Part shown: positions 9,314 to 19,089 of the stretch, in pieces | How positions within the stretch are numbered: position 1 is the first letter of the stretch | Layout of the letters: each line of letters opens with the position of its first letter | Assembly: GCA_046080685.1 (NCBI GenBank) | Contig: JBJTUJ010000144.1 | Location: forward strand, 1-36,636 | Direction of reading: 5' to 3' | Length of the DNA stretch: 36,636 bases | Source of the DNA: Cyanobium sp. | GTDB taxonomy: Bacteria > Cyanobacteriota > Cyanobacteriia > PCC-6307 > Cyanobiaceae | The notes under the pieces: generated by a model | The model's input: only the letters and a program-made list of their open reading frames with translations | Told to the model about the DNA's origin: nothing | Databases searched by the model: none | Translations under genes and position numbers: made by a program

Positions 9314-10651
9314 TTACTTGATGTATTCCTTGAGCACACCGTTGCGGTTGGGATGGCGCAGCTTCCGGAGGGCCTTGGCCTCAATCTGACGAATCCGTTC
9401 CCGGGTGACATCGAAGATCTGACCGATCTCTTCGAGGGTTTTCATGCGGCCGTCGTCAAGACCGTAACGCAGGCGCAGAACATCCCGTTCGCGAGGGCTG
9501 AGGGTGGCCAGGACACCTTCAAGATCTTCACGCAGGAGGTTCTTGGCCACATCCTGCTCGGGGTTTTCGATATCGGCCTCGATAAAATCACCCAGGCGCG
9601 AATCCTCCTCCTTGCCAATGGGCGTTTCGAGCGAAATCGGAAGCTGGGCTGACTTGGCGATGAAGCGCAGCTTCTCGATCGTCATCTCCATGCTTTCGGC
9701 GATCTCCTCCTCGGTGGGCTTGCGCCCGAATTCCTGGGAGAGGGTCTTGGTTGTTTTCTTGATGCGGGAGATGGTCTCGTAGAGGTGGACCGGAAGCCGG
9801 ATGGTGCGACTCTGGTCAGCGATGGCCCGGGTGATGGCCTGGCGAATCCACCAGGTTGCATAGGTGGAGAATTTGTAACCCTTCTCGTGATCGAACTTCT
9901 CCGCAGCTCGAATGAGCCCGAGGCTGCCTTCCTGGATCAGGTCCTGGAAAGAGAGACCCCGATTCATATACTTCTTTGCAATCGAAACCACCAAACGAAG
10001 ATTGGACTGAACCATCTTCTCTTTGGCACGTCGACCGAGCATCAGGCGGCGGCGGAACTTGATGAGCGGCATGTCGAAGAGTGCCGCCCACTCCTTGCTA
10101 TCGGGGAAGTGACCCTTATCGTCCTCGAATTCGGCTGCCTTCTCCTCGAGTTGCAGCAGGTCAGCGATCTTGCGGGCCAGTTCGATCTCCTCGTCGGGCC
10201 GCAGCAGACGGATACGACCGATCTCCTGGAGGTAGACCCGGATCGAATCCTCGGTGTAGACCCCCTTCGGACCCACCTTGATGCTGGCGAGCGCCTTGGC
10301 GCCCTTGGCATCCTTGGCACCAACCTCCTCGTCGCCGTCCGATGGTGCGGCAGCGGGCGACCCCCACAAACCACCGGCAGCCGAACCGAAACCCACAAAC
10401 GCCATTTCCTTTCCCGGTTTTGGCTTGGCCTTGGCCTTCGCCTTGGGCGTGGTGGCTCCAACCGCTGCATCGGCGGGAGCCGCTGCCCGGGAGGAGCGCG
10501 CCGCCTTCAGGGGCTTGACCTCACCCGTGCTGGTGACGGTGGCGAGGATCTCTGGAGCAGAGGGCTGCATCTTGGTGACTGCGACCGCCGGGGTGGCTGC
10601 GGCGGATGACTTCACCTCATTGGCGCTGGCGGTGACGGCGGCAGGACTCAT
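9314..10651 (-). CDS. rpoD: Principal RNA polymerase sigma factor (SigA/RpoD1)
   Basis: [39 protein letters not shown], region 4 [16 protein letters not shown]; likely start ATG 10651 (MSPAA). Confidence 0.96.
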   Translation of the reverse strand: MSPAAVTASANEVKSSAAATPAVAVTKMQPSAPEILATVTSTGEVKPLKAARSSRAAAPADAAVGATTPKAKAKAKPKPGKEMAFVGFGSAAGGLWGSPAAAPSDGDEEVGAKDAKGAKALASIKVGPKGVYTEDSIRVYLQEIGRIRLLRPDEEIELARKIADLLQLEEKAAEFEDDKGHFPDSKEWAALFDMPLIKFRRRLMLGRRAKEKMVQSNLRLVVSIAKKYMNRGLSFQDLIQEGSLGLIRAAEKFDHEKGYKFSTYATWWIRQAITRAIADQSRTIRLPVHLYETISRIKKTTKTLSQEFGRKPTEEEIAESMEMTIEKLRFIAKSAQLPISLETPIGKEEDSRLGDFIEADIENPEQDVAKNLLREDLEGVLATLSPRERDVLRLRYGLDDGRMKTLEEIGQIFDVTRERIRQIEAKALRKLRHPNRNGVLKEYIK

Positions 10652-11076
10652 GGGCAGGGACCGAGGAACGGGGGCAGGGAAGGTGGCAGGGACAGGAAGC
10701 GAAAACACGGACCCGACGCGGGGCCAGGGGGGACTGCCGAGAGGGAGGGGCCATGCAGGGTCTCCGGCAGAACCGTTGCGTTGATCACCCAGGCGATCTG
10801 CCCACGGAGGGACCAGCCACGGGCGCGCCGAAGGCGATGGAACGAATGAGCGGACAAGGAGAGAGGGAGCGGCTCCGGACCGGGATGGAGACGGACACGG
10901 GTGTGACGACGTTCGATGAGCCTGGCCGCAATGGCAGCCGCGACAGCGATGTCAGGGGTGGTCGCAGACCGGAGGGCCGGTGGGATGCAGTATCCCTGGC
11001 GAACTCGACGGGTCTTCCCTCTGGACGGAACTCTGTCCGGTTCCGACGGCAGCCTTTCGGGCTGCCCAACTCGCGC

Positions 11077-11105
11077 ATTGTAGGAATTTGATGAGACCTT
11101 TGCAA
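11077..11105 (-). promoter_or_regulatory. Sigma70-type promoter facing rpoD
   Basis: Minus strand: TTGCAA (11105-11100), exactly 17 nt spacer, TACAAT (11082-11077), in an AT-rich patch of a GC-rich genome. Confidence 0.7.
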
Positions 11106-11107
11106 GA

Positions 11108-13414
11108 TTGGCCCACCCCGATCTGAGCGCCGTGGGGACTGCCCCGCTCGCCCCCTGGGTTGAGGTGTGGCTGGAGGCGGGCCCCGAAGGCCAGTCCTTT
11201 ACCTACGCCAACCTGCCGGACAGCGGCGCCCGTGTTGGGGATCTGGTGAGTGTCCGCCTGCAGGGACGTCGCCACAGCGGCCTCGTGGTGGGCCATCTGG
11301 AACGGCTGCCTCGCGATCTCGCCCAGAAGGCCATCCGACCGTTGGATGCAGTTCTGCAGCGTGCGGCCGTGAGCCCAGCCTGGCAGGACCTGATCCGCGA
11401 CGTTGCGGCCGCCTGTCATACGGGACTGTTCCGCACCCTGCGCAGTGCCCTGCCGCCCGGCTGGCTCGGTCAGCGGCCCAGCTCCGGGGCAGGCCGTCGC
11501 CAGTGGTGCCTGCAGCGCGTGGAGGGCCGGGGTGATGAGTCCTCGCTCACGCCGCGGCAACGGGATCTGCTGACCCACCTGCGAGGCCACGGCGACAGGC
11601 GGCGGCTGAAGGATCTCGTGCAGGTCGACGGCTTCGGGCGGGGGGTGATCTTGGCCCTCGAGGAGCGGGGTCTGCTGAGGCGCGAGGCCGTGCGGGTGGT
11701 GTCCTCCGCCCGCAGGCCCCCTGGAACGGCGGCAGGCGTTGCCACACCCACAGAGGGTCCCCGCCAGCTCACCGCGGAACAGGAACGCGCGCTGGCGGCG
11801 ATCAACGAGGCTCCCGCCGGCTCCGCGCTGCTGCTGTGGGGCGTCACCGGTGCCGGCAAGACCGAGGTGTACCTCCAGGCAGCCGCGCGCGAACGGCAGG
11901 CCGGCCGAAGTGTGCTGATCCTGGCGCCGGAGATCGGGCTGATCCCCCAGCTGCTCGATCGCTGCCGGGCCCGTTTCGGCGATGCAGTGGTCGAATACCA
12001 CAGCGGGCTCTCGGATGGCCAACGGGTGGAAACCTGGCGCCGCTGTCTCGATGCCGCCACGGATGGAGGCACGCTGGTGGCGGTGGGCACCCGGTCGGCG
12101 GTGTTCCTGCCCCTCGACCCCCTGGGCCTGATCGTGCTGGATGAGGAGCACGACAGCGCCTACAAGCAGGAGAGTCCGATGCCCTGCTACCACGCCCGAG
12201 ACGTGGCCCGGCGGCGGGCGCTGCGCTGCGGCGCCCGGCTGCTGCTGGGCAGCGCCACCCCGTCCCTGGAGAGCTGGCTGGCCTGCCGCGAGCCGGGGGA
12301 TGGCACCCGCCTGCTGCGGCTTCCGGAGCGGATCGGGTCCCGCCCCCTGCCGGACGTGCGCCTGGTGGACATGCGCCAGGAGCTGGCGGAAGGGCATCGC
12401 CGGCTGATCAGCCGCGCCCTGATGGGCCGGCTGGAGCGGCTGAAGGAACGGGGGGAACAGGCGGTGGTGCTCGTGCCGAGACGGGGATACCACTCCTTCC
12501 TCAGCTGCCGCAGTTGCGGGGAGGCGGTGCTCTGCCCCCACTGCGACGTTGCCCTGACGGTGCATCGCCACGGCAGCGGCAAGGAGTGGCTCCGCTGCCA
12601 CTGGTGCGATCACCGTCAGGAGCCGGGCGAGCGCTGCAGCCACTGCGGGTCCACAGCCTTCAAGCCCTTCGGAGCCGGCACCCAGCGGGTGATGGAGCAG
12701 CTGGCGGGAGAACTCGGGGAGCTGCGCCTGCTGCGGTTCGACCACGACACCACCCGTGGCCGCGACGGCCATCGACGCCTGCTGGAGCGCTTCGCCTCCG
12801 GGGAGGCCGATGTGCTCGTGGGCACGCAGATGCTGGCCAAGGGGATGGATCTGCCCCGGGTGACCCTGGCCGCCGTGCTGGCGGCCGACGGGCTCCTGCA
12901 CCGGCCCGATCTCCGCTCCGGCGAGCAGTGCCTGCAACTCCTGCTGCAGCTGGCGGGCCGGGCCGGGCGGGGCGAGCGACCGGGTGAGGTGCTGGTGCAG
13001 ACCTACTGCCCGGAGCACCCGGTGTTGCGCCATCTGGTGGACGGGCGCTACGAGCGATTTCTGGAGGAGGAACTCCTCCAGCGGCGCCACGGGGGACTGG
13101 TGCCCTTCAGCCGTGCCTGCCTGCTGCGGCTGGCAGGGCCCACGGCAAGCGCCACGGCCACCGCGGCCTCGGCCCTGGCGGAACGGATCCGACCCCAGCT
13201 GGAAGCGGCGGGCTGGATGTTGATCGGTCCCGCACCGGCCCCCGTGGCCAGGGTGGCCGGGCGCAGCCGCTGGCAGTTGCTGCTCCACGGCCCGGCTCCC
13301 GGGGGTGGCGCTGCCACGGGGTCCGCGCTGCCACTGCCGGCGGAAGTCGAGCTGCGGGCGATGCTGCCGCGTGGGGTGAGCCTGGCCATCGACCCAGATC
13401 CCCTCGCCCTCTGA
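11108..13414 (+). CDS. priA: Primosomal protein N' (replication restart helicase)
   Basis: Walker A GVTGAGKT, LDEEHD, SATP, paired CxxC zinc motifs, GTQMLAKGMD, QLAGRAGR. Exact start uncertain. Confidence 0.96.
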   Translation: MAHPDLSAVGTAPLAPWVEVWLEAGPEGQSFTYANLPDSGARVGDLVSVRLQGRRHSGLVVGHLERLPRDLAQKAIRPLDAVLQRAAVSPAWQDLIRDVAAACHTGLFRTLRSALPPGWLGQRPSSGAGRRQWCLQRVEGRGDESSLTPRQRDLLTHLRGHGDRRRLKDLVQVDGFGRGVILALEERGLLRREAVRVVSSARRPPGTAAGVATPTEGPRQLTAEQERALAAINEAPAGSALLLWGVTGAGKTEVYLQAAARERQAGRSVLILAPEIGLIPQLLDRCRARFGDAVVEYHSGLSDGQRVETWRRCLDAATDGGTLVAVGTRSAVFLPLDPLGLIVLDEEHDSAYKQESPMPCYHARDVARRRALRCGARLLLGSATPSLESWLACREPGDGTRLLRLPERIGSRPLPDVRLVDMRQELAEGHRRLISRALMGRLERLKERGEQAVVLVPRRGYHSFLSCRSCGEAVLCPHCDVALTVHRHGSGKEWLRCHWCDHRQEPGERCSHCGSTAFKPFGAGTQRVMEQLAGELGELRLLRFDHDTTRGRDGHRRLLERFASGEADVLVGTQMLAKGMDLPRVTLAAVLAADGLLHRPDLRSGEQCLQLLLQLAGRAGRGERPGEVLVQTYCPEHPVLRHLVDGRYERFLEEELLQRRHGGLVPFSRACLLRLAGPTASATATAASALAERIRPQLEAAGWMLIGPAPAPVARVAGRSRWQLLLHGPAPGGGAATGSALPLPAEVELRAMLPRGVSLAIDPDPLAL

Positions 13415-13446
13415 GATCCAGGAGGGCGAGGGAGCGAACAGGCTCC

Positions 13447-14592
13447 TCAGGCCGGCAGTTCGGGGGGACCGAAACCCAGGCGCCATCGCAGGCGCTGCAG
13501 CGCGAGCACCAGGGCCAGCCCTGCGGCGATCGCCAGGCCCCCCAGCCCCAGGGGACTCCACCGCCAGACACGCAGTTCGAGCCGGTTCTGGCGGCCAGGG
13601 GCGAGCGGCCAGACCACGGCGGGCTCCCTGCTGCCGGCCAGGGGCTCGGCCCTCACGGCCAGGGGCTCGGCCCGGCGAACGGCGGCAGGCGCCATGGGCC
13701 GGAATCGCCAGCTCAGATCCAAGCCCGGCAGGGCCGGCACCTCCGCCAGGTCGAGCTCGATCCGCAGGTTCTGGCGCACGCCCACCAGCCAGTTGCGCTC
13801 GTGAAGCTCAAGTGCGGGGGGGGGAAGCTCGATCCCGGCCAGGCCCGCGGCCTGCTCCAGGCTGGCCGAGAGGGCGGCGATCGCCTCGTCGACCGGCAGC
13901 ACGGCGGTGCGCAGCTCCACCGAGCCCAGCGCTCCGGCGGACCCGCGCTCGCTCGGCCGGAATCCCAAGGACCCCAGGGACTGGGCCAGGCGCTGCTGCC
14001 AGGGCGTGGGGCGACCACTGGCGCTCCCGAGAACATGGCTCACCTGCAGGCGGCCGGGACCCTGGAAGTGGAGGTCGGTGCGGACCTCCATGCAGCCCCC
14101 CAGCAGGGAGGCGAGCAGCACCACGGCCAGCAGCACCACCGCCAGGCCGGCGAAGCCCCAGGGGGGCCGGGTGGTGCCGACCGGTGCCGGCGGCGGGGAG
14201 GGCGGCGGCTCGGGGCGGCGCCGGCGGGCCACAGCCCGACCGACGGCCTCGAAGCCGCCATCGTTCCCGAGCTCAGGAAGGGTGAGAGACCAGTCCCGGG
14301 GGCGCCTGAGCACGGGGGCTTCCAGCACCTCCAGCAGCTCCTTGGCCCGGGCCCGCAGGGCGGCATCGGGGCTGCCCTGGAGGGCACGGCAGCAGGCGGC
14401 AGCCCGCTCCCCCTCCCCCTGGCCCATCAGGGCCGTGGCCATCAGCAGCCTCACCCCCGCCCCCAGGGAGGTGGCGGGGCCGTGCTGGGCGGCAATCGGC
14501 TCCAGCAGGGTCAGGACCCGTCCGTACTCGCCCCGCTCCAGGGACCGGCGGGCAGCCGCCAGGGGATCGTCCACTGCAGGCGGCTCGCCCAT
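13447..14592 (-). CDS. DUF3153-like membrane/lipoprotein with TPR-like N-terminus
   Basis: ATG 14592; helical N-terminus (LERGEYG), central TM ending LLGGC, ERNWLVGVRQ, C-terminal TM after WRWSPLGLG. Confidence 0.7.
   Translation of the reverse strand: MGEPPAVDDPLAAARRSLERGEYGRVLTLLEPIAAQHGPATSLGAGVRLLMATALMGQGEGERAAACCRALQGSPDAALRARAKELLEVLEAPVLRRPRDWSLTLPELGNDGGFEAVGRAVARRRRPEPPPSPPPAPVGTTRPPWGFAGLAVVLLAVVLLASLLGGCMEVRTDLHFQGPGRLQVSHVLGSASGRPTPWQQRLAQSLGSLGFRPSERGSAGALGSVELRTAVLPVDEAIAALSASLEQAAGLAGIELPPPALELHERNWLVGVRQNLRIELDLAEVPALPGLDLSWRFRPMAPAAVRRAEPLAVRAEPLAGSREPAVVWPLAPGRQNRLELRVWRWSPLGLGGLAIAAGLALVLALQRLRWRLGFGPPELPA
13635..13673. repeat. 18-nt direct repeat at 21-nt period inside the CDS
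   Basis: CGGCCAGGGGCTCGGCCC at 13635-13652 and 13656-13673; encodes RAEPLAV-RAEPLAG. Confidence 0.7.
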
Positions 14593-14599
14593 CGGAGCC

Positions 14600-15496
14600 T
14601 CAGCCGGCCAGTCGGGCCGGGCTGCCGACCACCATCGTGCCGATGCCGGCATCGGTGAACACCTCGAGCAGCAGCGAGTGGGGCACCCGCCCATCGACGA
14701 TGTGGGCTGCCGTCACCCCCTGGGCCAGGGCCCGGATGCAGCATTCGGTCTTGGGCGTCATGCCCCCCTCCACCACGCCGTCGGCGATCAGCCGCCGGGC
14801 CTCGGCGAGGGTGAGCTGGCGGATCAGGGAGGCGGGGTCCTGGCGATCCCGCAGGATGCCTGGAGTGTCGGTGAGCAGAATCAGCTTCTCGGCCTGGAGC
14901 GACGCCGCCAGTTCGCCGGCCACGGTGTCGGCATTGATGTTGTAAGCCTGGCCCTCGGCATCGGGAGCCACGCTGGAGATCACCGGGATGTAGCCGGCAT
15001 CGAGCAGCGGGCCGAGAACGCCGGGCTCCACCGCCGCCACATCCCCCACCAGGCCGTGGGAGCCGTCACCCCAGAGGCGGGCCTGCACCAGGCCTCCGTC
15101 GCTGCCGGAGAGGCCCACCGCCTTGCCGCCCACCCGGTTCAGGCCGTTGACGATCTGCTTGTTCACCCGGCCCACCAGCACCATCTCCACCACGTCCATG
15201 GTGAGGGGATCGGTGACCCGGAGGCCGCCGCTGAACTGGGGTTCGATCGCCAGGCGGGAGAGCCACTGGTTGATCTCGGGGCCGCCGCCGTGCACCACAA
15301 CCGGCTGGACGCCCACGCAGGCCAACAGGGCCAGGTCGCGGAAGACAGCGTCGCGCAGGTCCTCCCGCACCATCGCGGCTCCGCCGTACTTCACCACCAC
15401 GCGCCGGCCGGCGAAGCGCTGGATGTAGGGCAGGGCCTCGCTCAGAACGGAGACCCTCAGGCTGTCGGCCTGGCTGACAAGCAGCTCGGAGGTCAT
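14600..15496 (-). CDS. argB: Acetylglutamate kinase
   Basis: [38 protein letters not shown]. Confidence 0.97.
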   Translation of the reverse strand: MTSELLVSQADSLRVSVLSEALPYIQRFAGRRVVVKYGGAAMVREDLRDAVFRDLALLACVGVQPVVVHGGGPEINQWLSRLAIEPQFSGGLRVTDPLTMDVVEMVLVGRVNKQIVNGLNRVGGKAVGLSGSDGGLVQARLWGDGSHGLVGDVAAVEPGVLGPLLDAGYIPVISSVAPDAEGQAYNINADTVAGELAASLQAEKLILLTDTPGILRDRQDPASLIRQLTLAEARRLIADGVVEGGMTPKTECCIRALAQGVTAAHIVDGRVPHSLLLEVFTDAGIGTMVVGSPARLAG

Positions 15497-16071
15497 GGGG
15501 CGACGGCAGACGGTGTGGCGGCCACGGGCCGCAGGACGAGGCAGAGGCGCCCGGGGGCGGGCTGCTCGAGCAGCGCCTCGAGGCCGGGGCCGAAGAAGCG
15601 CCCCAGGCGCTCCTGCCGCTCCTGCCAGCGCTCGAACGCCACGCCATGGAGCTCGAAGGTGAGCCGCAGGCCGTAGCCGCCCTGATGCTCGAACTCCTCC
15701 ACCTCCACCAGCTGGGGCGGATCATCCTCATTCCAGAGCTTGAGGGCCTCGAGTGAGCTCTCCAGATGGGCCTTCTGGCCGTAGCGCCAGCGACTCACAT
15801 CCGCCAGGAGCTTGCGCAGGCTCTCACTCTCGGGCCGCTCCCGCAACGTGCGCAGGGCTGCCGGCGGCGTGAGACGCCCCGGGGGCGGCAGCTCAGAAGA
15901 CTTGAGCGCCAGACCGCCCAGCAGGATCGGGATCCCGTAGAAGATCGTGGGCAGGCTGAGGTTGGCGTTGTCGCCCAGGTAGGCCACGGATCCCACCACG
16001 GTGAGGGCCGCGCCCGCCAGGGTCACCAGGCTGCCGGGCGACAGCAGGGCGGAGGAACGGGAGGATTGCAT
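15493..16071 (-). CDS. DUF2854-like thylakoid/membrane protein
   Basis: Two N-terminal TMs, [35 protein letters not shown]; 4-nt overlap with argB. Confidence 0.75.
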   Translation of the reverse strand: MQSSRSSALLSPGSLVTLAGAALTVVGSVAYLGDNANLSLPTIFYGIPILLGGLALKSSELPPPGRLTPPAALRTLRERPESESLRKLLADVSRWRYGQKAHLESSLEALKLWNEDDPPQLVEVEEFEHQGGYGLRLTFELHGVAFERWQERQERLGRFFGPGLEALLEQPAPGRLCLVLRPVAATPSAVAP

Positions 16072-16125
16072 CGCGCCATCCTCCTGCAGCGCCGGGCAGG
16101 ATGGGAACGACTGCCAATCGCGCCG

Positions 16126-16329
16126 ATGTCCCCGACGCCCTCCCCTGCCGAGGAAGCCGCCGCCCTCGGCACCATGGAACTGCTGGAGCAGCTGCGGCAG
16201 GACCGTCTCTGGCTGCTGCGCCAGCTCGACAGCGGACGCTGGTCCGAGTGGCGCCTGGATCTGGCGGCCCTGGAGCGGGAACTGGGTCAGCTGCTGGAGC
16301 AGGTGGGCGATCGCCTCGGGCCGTCCTGA
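16126..16329 (+). CDS. Small conserved hypothetical protein
   Basis: ATG 16126; amphipathic LRQDRLWLLRQLDSGRWSEWRLDLAALEREL with typical high-GC codon use. Confidence 0.7.
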   Translation: MSPTPSPAEEAAALGTMELLEQLRQDRLWLLRQLDSGRWSEWRLDLAALERELGQLLEQVGDRLGPS

Positions 16330-16361
16330 GCAGACCCCGCCTGTGCGTCCCGCCCCTGGGT

Positions 16362-16883
16362 TCAGAACGGGATCTCGTCGTCGTCGGGGATGTCCTGCTC
16401 CACCAGGGGCCCGCTGTTCCAGACGGTGGCAGCGGGGGCAGGGGCCGGAGCCTCGGCCGCCCCGGCTGTGGGCGCGGTGGTGCGGATGGGGGGCCCGGCG
16501 GGTGCTCGGCGGGGAGCTGCGCCAGAGGAGGCTGCGGCCGGCGGAGCGGCAGCAGGCCCAGCCCCTGCCCCAGCGGAACCCGTCAGGGGGTGGAGGCGCG
16601 CCAGGGTGAACTCAGCCCGCTTCTCCTTCACCCCATCCTGCTGGCGGGTCACGGTGTTCATGCGCAGCCGGCCCTCCAGCACCAGTCGTTGACCCACCTG
16701 CACCCGGCTCTGGAGATCCTGGGCGAGGTTGCCCCACCCCACCACCTTCAGCTGCCCCGGGGGATCCTCCGGCCGCAGGCCGTCGAACCGCACGGTCATC
16801 TCGGCAACGGGCGTCTGGTTGTCTTGGGTGTAGCGCACCTGGGGAGCCTCCAGCACCTCCACCTCGAGCAAGCAGTGATTCAC
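16362..16883 (-). CDS. ssb: Single-stranded DNA-binding protein
   Basis: OB-fold MNHCLL...RYTQD...VVGWG...EGRLR, Ala/Pro linker, acidic tail DDDEIPF. Confidence 0.9.
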   Translation of the reverse strand: MNHCLLEVEVLEAPQVRYTQDNQTPVAEMTVRFDGLRPEDPPGQLKVVGWGNLAQDLQSRVQVGQRLVLEGRLRMNTVTRQQDGVKEKRAEFTLARLHPLTGSAGAGAGPAAAPPAAASSGAAPRRAPAGPPIRTTAPTAGAAEAPAPAPAATVWNSGPLVEQDIPDDDEIPF

Positions 16884-16915
16884 GCCCCGTCCATCGGTTT
16901 CGCTGGCCCATCCTG

Positions 16916-17734
16916 ATGCAAGGCTCCCCCGAACACCAGCAAAGCGGCCGCCTGTGGCTGATCGCCGGCACGGGTGAAGGGCCGGTGCTGGTCGAGGCCC
17001 TGCTGGCGAGGGGCTGGCGCCTGCGTCTGAGCGTGGTGGGAGAGGCTGCGGCCCGGGCCTACCGCCCAGGCCCGGGCCTCCAACTGGCGGTGGGGGCCAT
17101 CGGCGAGGGCGAGGGCCTGACGCCGGAGCAGGGCGTGGAACGGGAGCTGGCGGCGGCGGATCGCGCCGGGGATCCCTATGCCTGGGTGGTGGATGCCAGC
17201 CATCCGTTCGCCACCGGCATCAGCACGGCCCTGGCCGCCGTCTGCGGGCCCCGCCACCAACCCCTGGTGAGGCTGGGGCGCCTCCTTGAACCCCTGGAGG
17301 AGGCGGTGCTGCTCCAGGATCTGACGGATCTGGAGGGCTGCGCCGCCCGTGGCGAGCGGCTGCTGCTCGCCATCGGGGCCCGCCATCTGGCGGTGGCGGT
17401 GCGGCACAGCTCCGGGGCCGTGCACCACGCCCGGCTGCTGCCCGATGCAAAGGGCCTGAGGATCGCCATGGCCGCCGGTCTGGCACCCGGGCACGTGGCC
17501 TGCCTGCGCCCCGGCGGCGAGGGACGGATCGAGGCGGCCCTCTGCCGGCGCTGGCGGATCGACGCCGTCCTCTGCCGCCAGTCCGGAGGTGCCACCGAAG
17601 CCCTCTGGCGGCGGATCTGCCGCGACCAGGGCCTCGAGCTTCGGCTGTTGAGGCGGCCCCCGGAGCCGGCGGGGGTGAGGATCCTGCCGCTGGCCGAGCT
17701 GCTGGCGCACGTGGGAAGCTCGGAACGTGCCTGA
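16916..17734 (+). CDS. cobK: Precorrin-6A/cobalt-precorrin-6A reductase
   Basis: WLIAGTGEG, VVDASHPFA, LLAIGARHL, CRQSGG, LRRP. Confidence 0.88.
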   Translation: MQGSPEHQQSGRLWLIAGTGEGPVLVEALLARGWRLRLSVVGEAAARAYRPGPGLQLAVGAIGEGEGLTPEQGVERELAAADRAGDPYAWVVDASHPFATGISTALAAVCGPRHQPLVRLGRLLEPLEEAVLLQDLTDLEGCAARGERLLLAIGARHLAVAVRHSSGAVHHARLLPDAKGLRIAMAAGLAPGHVACLRPGGEGRIEAALCRRWRIDAVLCRQSGGATEALWRRICRDQGLELRLLRRPPEPAGVRILPLAELLAHVGSSERA

Positions 17735-17743
17735 GGGGACGCC

Positions 17744-18139
17744 ATGGATGGGTCCGGGACGGAACTGCCCCTGGAGATCGTGCTCACCACCGAAGCGGAT
17801 GGGGCACGGGCCGAGTCCCTGGCGGCCGCCCTGCTGGAACGGCGACTGGTGGCCTGCGTGGCCCTCATGCCGATGCGCTCGCTCTACCGGTGGCAGGGCC
17901 GGATCGAGCGCAGCGAGGAGGTGCAGCTGTTGCTGAAGACCACCCCAGAGTGCCTCCAGGCCCTGGAGGCCGCCGTGCGGGAGCTGCACAGCTACGAGAT
18001 CCCGGAATGGATCCACTGGCGGGGCTCAGCCGCTTGCAGTTACGGACGCTGGTGCGCCGGCGAAGTGGCCGCCCTCAGCCCAGATGCCGCTCCATCAGCT
18101 CCCGCAGCGACCCTTGGGGACGGGGCCCCAGCTGGGTGA
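17744..18139 (+). CDS. cutA: Divalent-cation tolerance protein CutA
   Basis: LVACV, SLYRWQG, EEVQLLLKT, LHSYEIPE. Confidence 0.9.
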   Translation: MDGSGTELPLEIVLTTEADGARAESLAAALLERRLVACVALMPMRSLYRWQGRIERSEEVQLLLKTTPECLQALEAAVRELHSYEIPEWIHWRGSAACSYGRWCAGEVAALSPDAAPSAPAATLGDGAPAG

Positions 18140-19076
18140 CCACCTGACCCGCGCAGAGGGAGCCGAGCCTGCCGCAGCGCTCAAGATCCTGGCCCCGGGT
18201 GTAGGCGTGCAGGAAACCCGCCGCATAAAGATCTCCGGCACCGGTGGTGTCCACGAGCTCGCCGAGGCGGAACGGATCGATCGCGATCGATTCCTCTCCC
18301 GCCAGCACGAGCGAACCCAGCTCGCTGCGGGTGAGTGCAGCGATCCGGCAGCGCCCCCGCACCTCGGCGGCAGCCTGCTCGAAGCTGTCGGCCTTGTAGA
18401 GCGACGTGATCTCCATCTCGTTGGCGAACAGGATGTCGACATGGCCGTCAACCAGCTCGCGGAAGCTGTCGCGATGGCGATCCACGCAGAAGGCATCCGA
18501 TAGGGACAGGGCAACCTCCCCTCCCGACTCCCGGGCCGCCTCGGCGGCCGCCACGAACGCCCGCTGGGCCTCGGGGCTGTCCCAGAGATAGCCCTCCAGA
18601 TAGAGCACCCGGGCCTGGCGCACCAGATCGAGATCGAGGTCGTCGGGGTCGAGCTGCACCGAGGCCCCCAGGTAGGTGCACATGGTGCGCTGGGCATCCG
18701 GGGTGACCAGGATCAGGCAGCGGGCGGTGGAGGGGCCGGTGGTGGCGGCGGGGGTGTCGAAGCGTGCCCCCACCGAGCGGATGTCATGGCTGAAGATCGC
18801 GCCGAGCTGGTCGTCGCGGACGCGGCCGATGAAGCCGGCCCGGCCGCCGAGCTGGGCGATGCCCGCCAGGGTGTTGGCGGCGGATCCACCGGAGGTTTCC
18901 AGGCCCGGTCCCACGGAGGCGTAGAGGTACTCCGCCCGGGCCTCGTCGATCAGGGCCATGGTGCCCTTGGTCAGGCCGTGGTCGTCGAGAAAGGCGTCGT
19001 CGGCCTGCACGAGCACGTCGACGATGGCATTGCCGATGCCGACGACATCAAGGGACTTGGGAGCGGCTGGGGTCAT
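18075..19076 (-). CDS. PfkB-family carbohydrate/adenosine kinase
   Basis: GIGNAIVD, GGSAANT, LFANEME, DTTGAGDLYAAGF. Confidence 0.92.
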   Translation of the reverse strand: MTPAAPKSLDVVGIGNAIVDVLVQADDAFLDDHGLTKGTMALIDEARAEYLYASVGPGLETSGGSAANTLAGIAQLGGRAGFIGRVRDDQLGAIFSHDIRSVGARFDTPAATTGPSTARCLILVTPDAQRTMCTYLGASVQLDPDDLDLDLVRQARVLYLEGYLWDSPEAQRAFVAAAEAARESGGEVALSLSDAFCVDRHRDSFRELVDGHVDILFANEMEITSLYKADSFEQAAAEVRGRCRIAALTRSELGSLVLAGEESIAIDPFRLGELVDTTGAGDLYAAGFLHAYTRGQDLERCGRLGSLCAGQVVTQLGPRPQGSLRELMERHLG

Positions 19077-19089
19077 GGGGAGGGGGCGT

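Noticed and set aside
10347-10404. Diversity-generating retroelement variable region in rpoD
   Set aside because: No template repeat or reverse transcriptase is in the window, and the inferred changes include non-adenine positions.
10952-13561. 869-aa minus-strand ORF and many similar long overlapping ORFs
   Set aside because: These are stop-poor antisense frames typical of high-GC DNA opposite well-supported genes such as priA, with no recognisable motifs.
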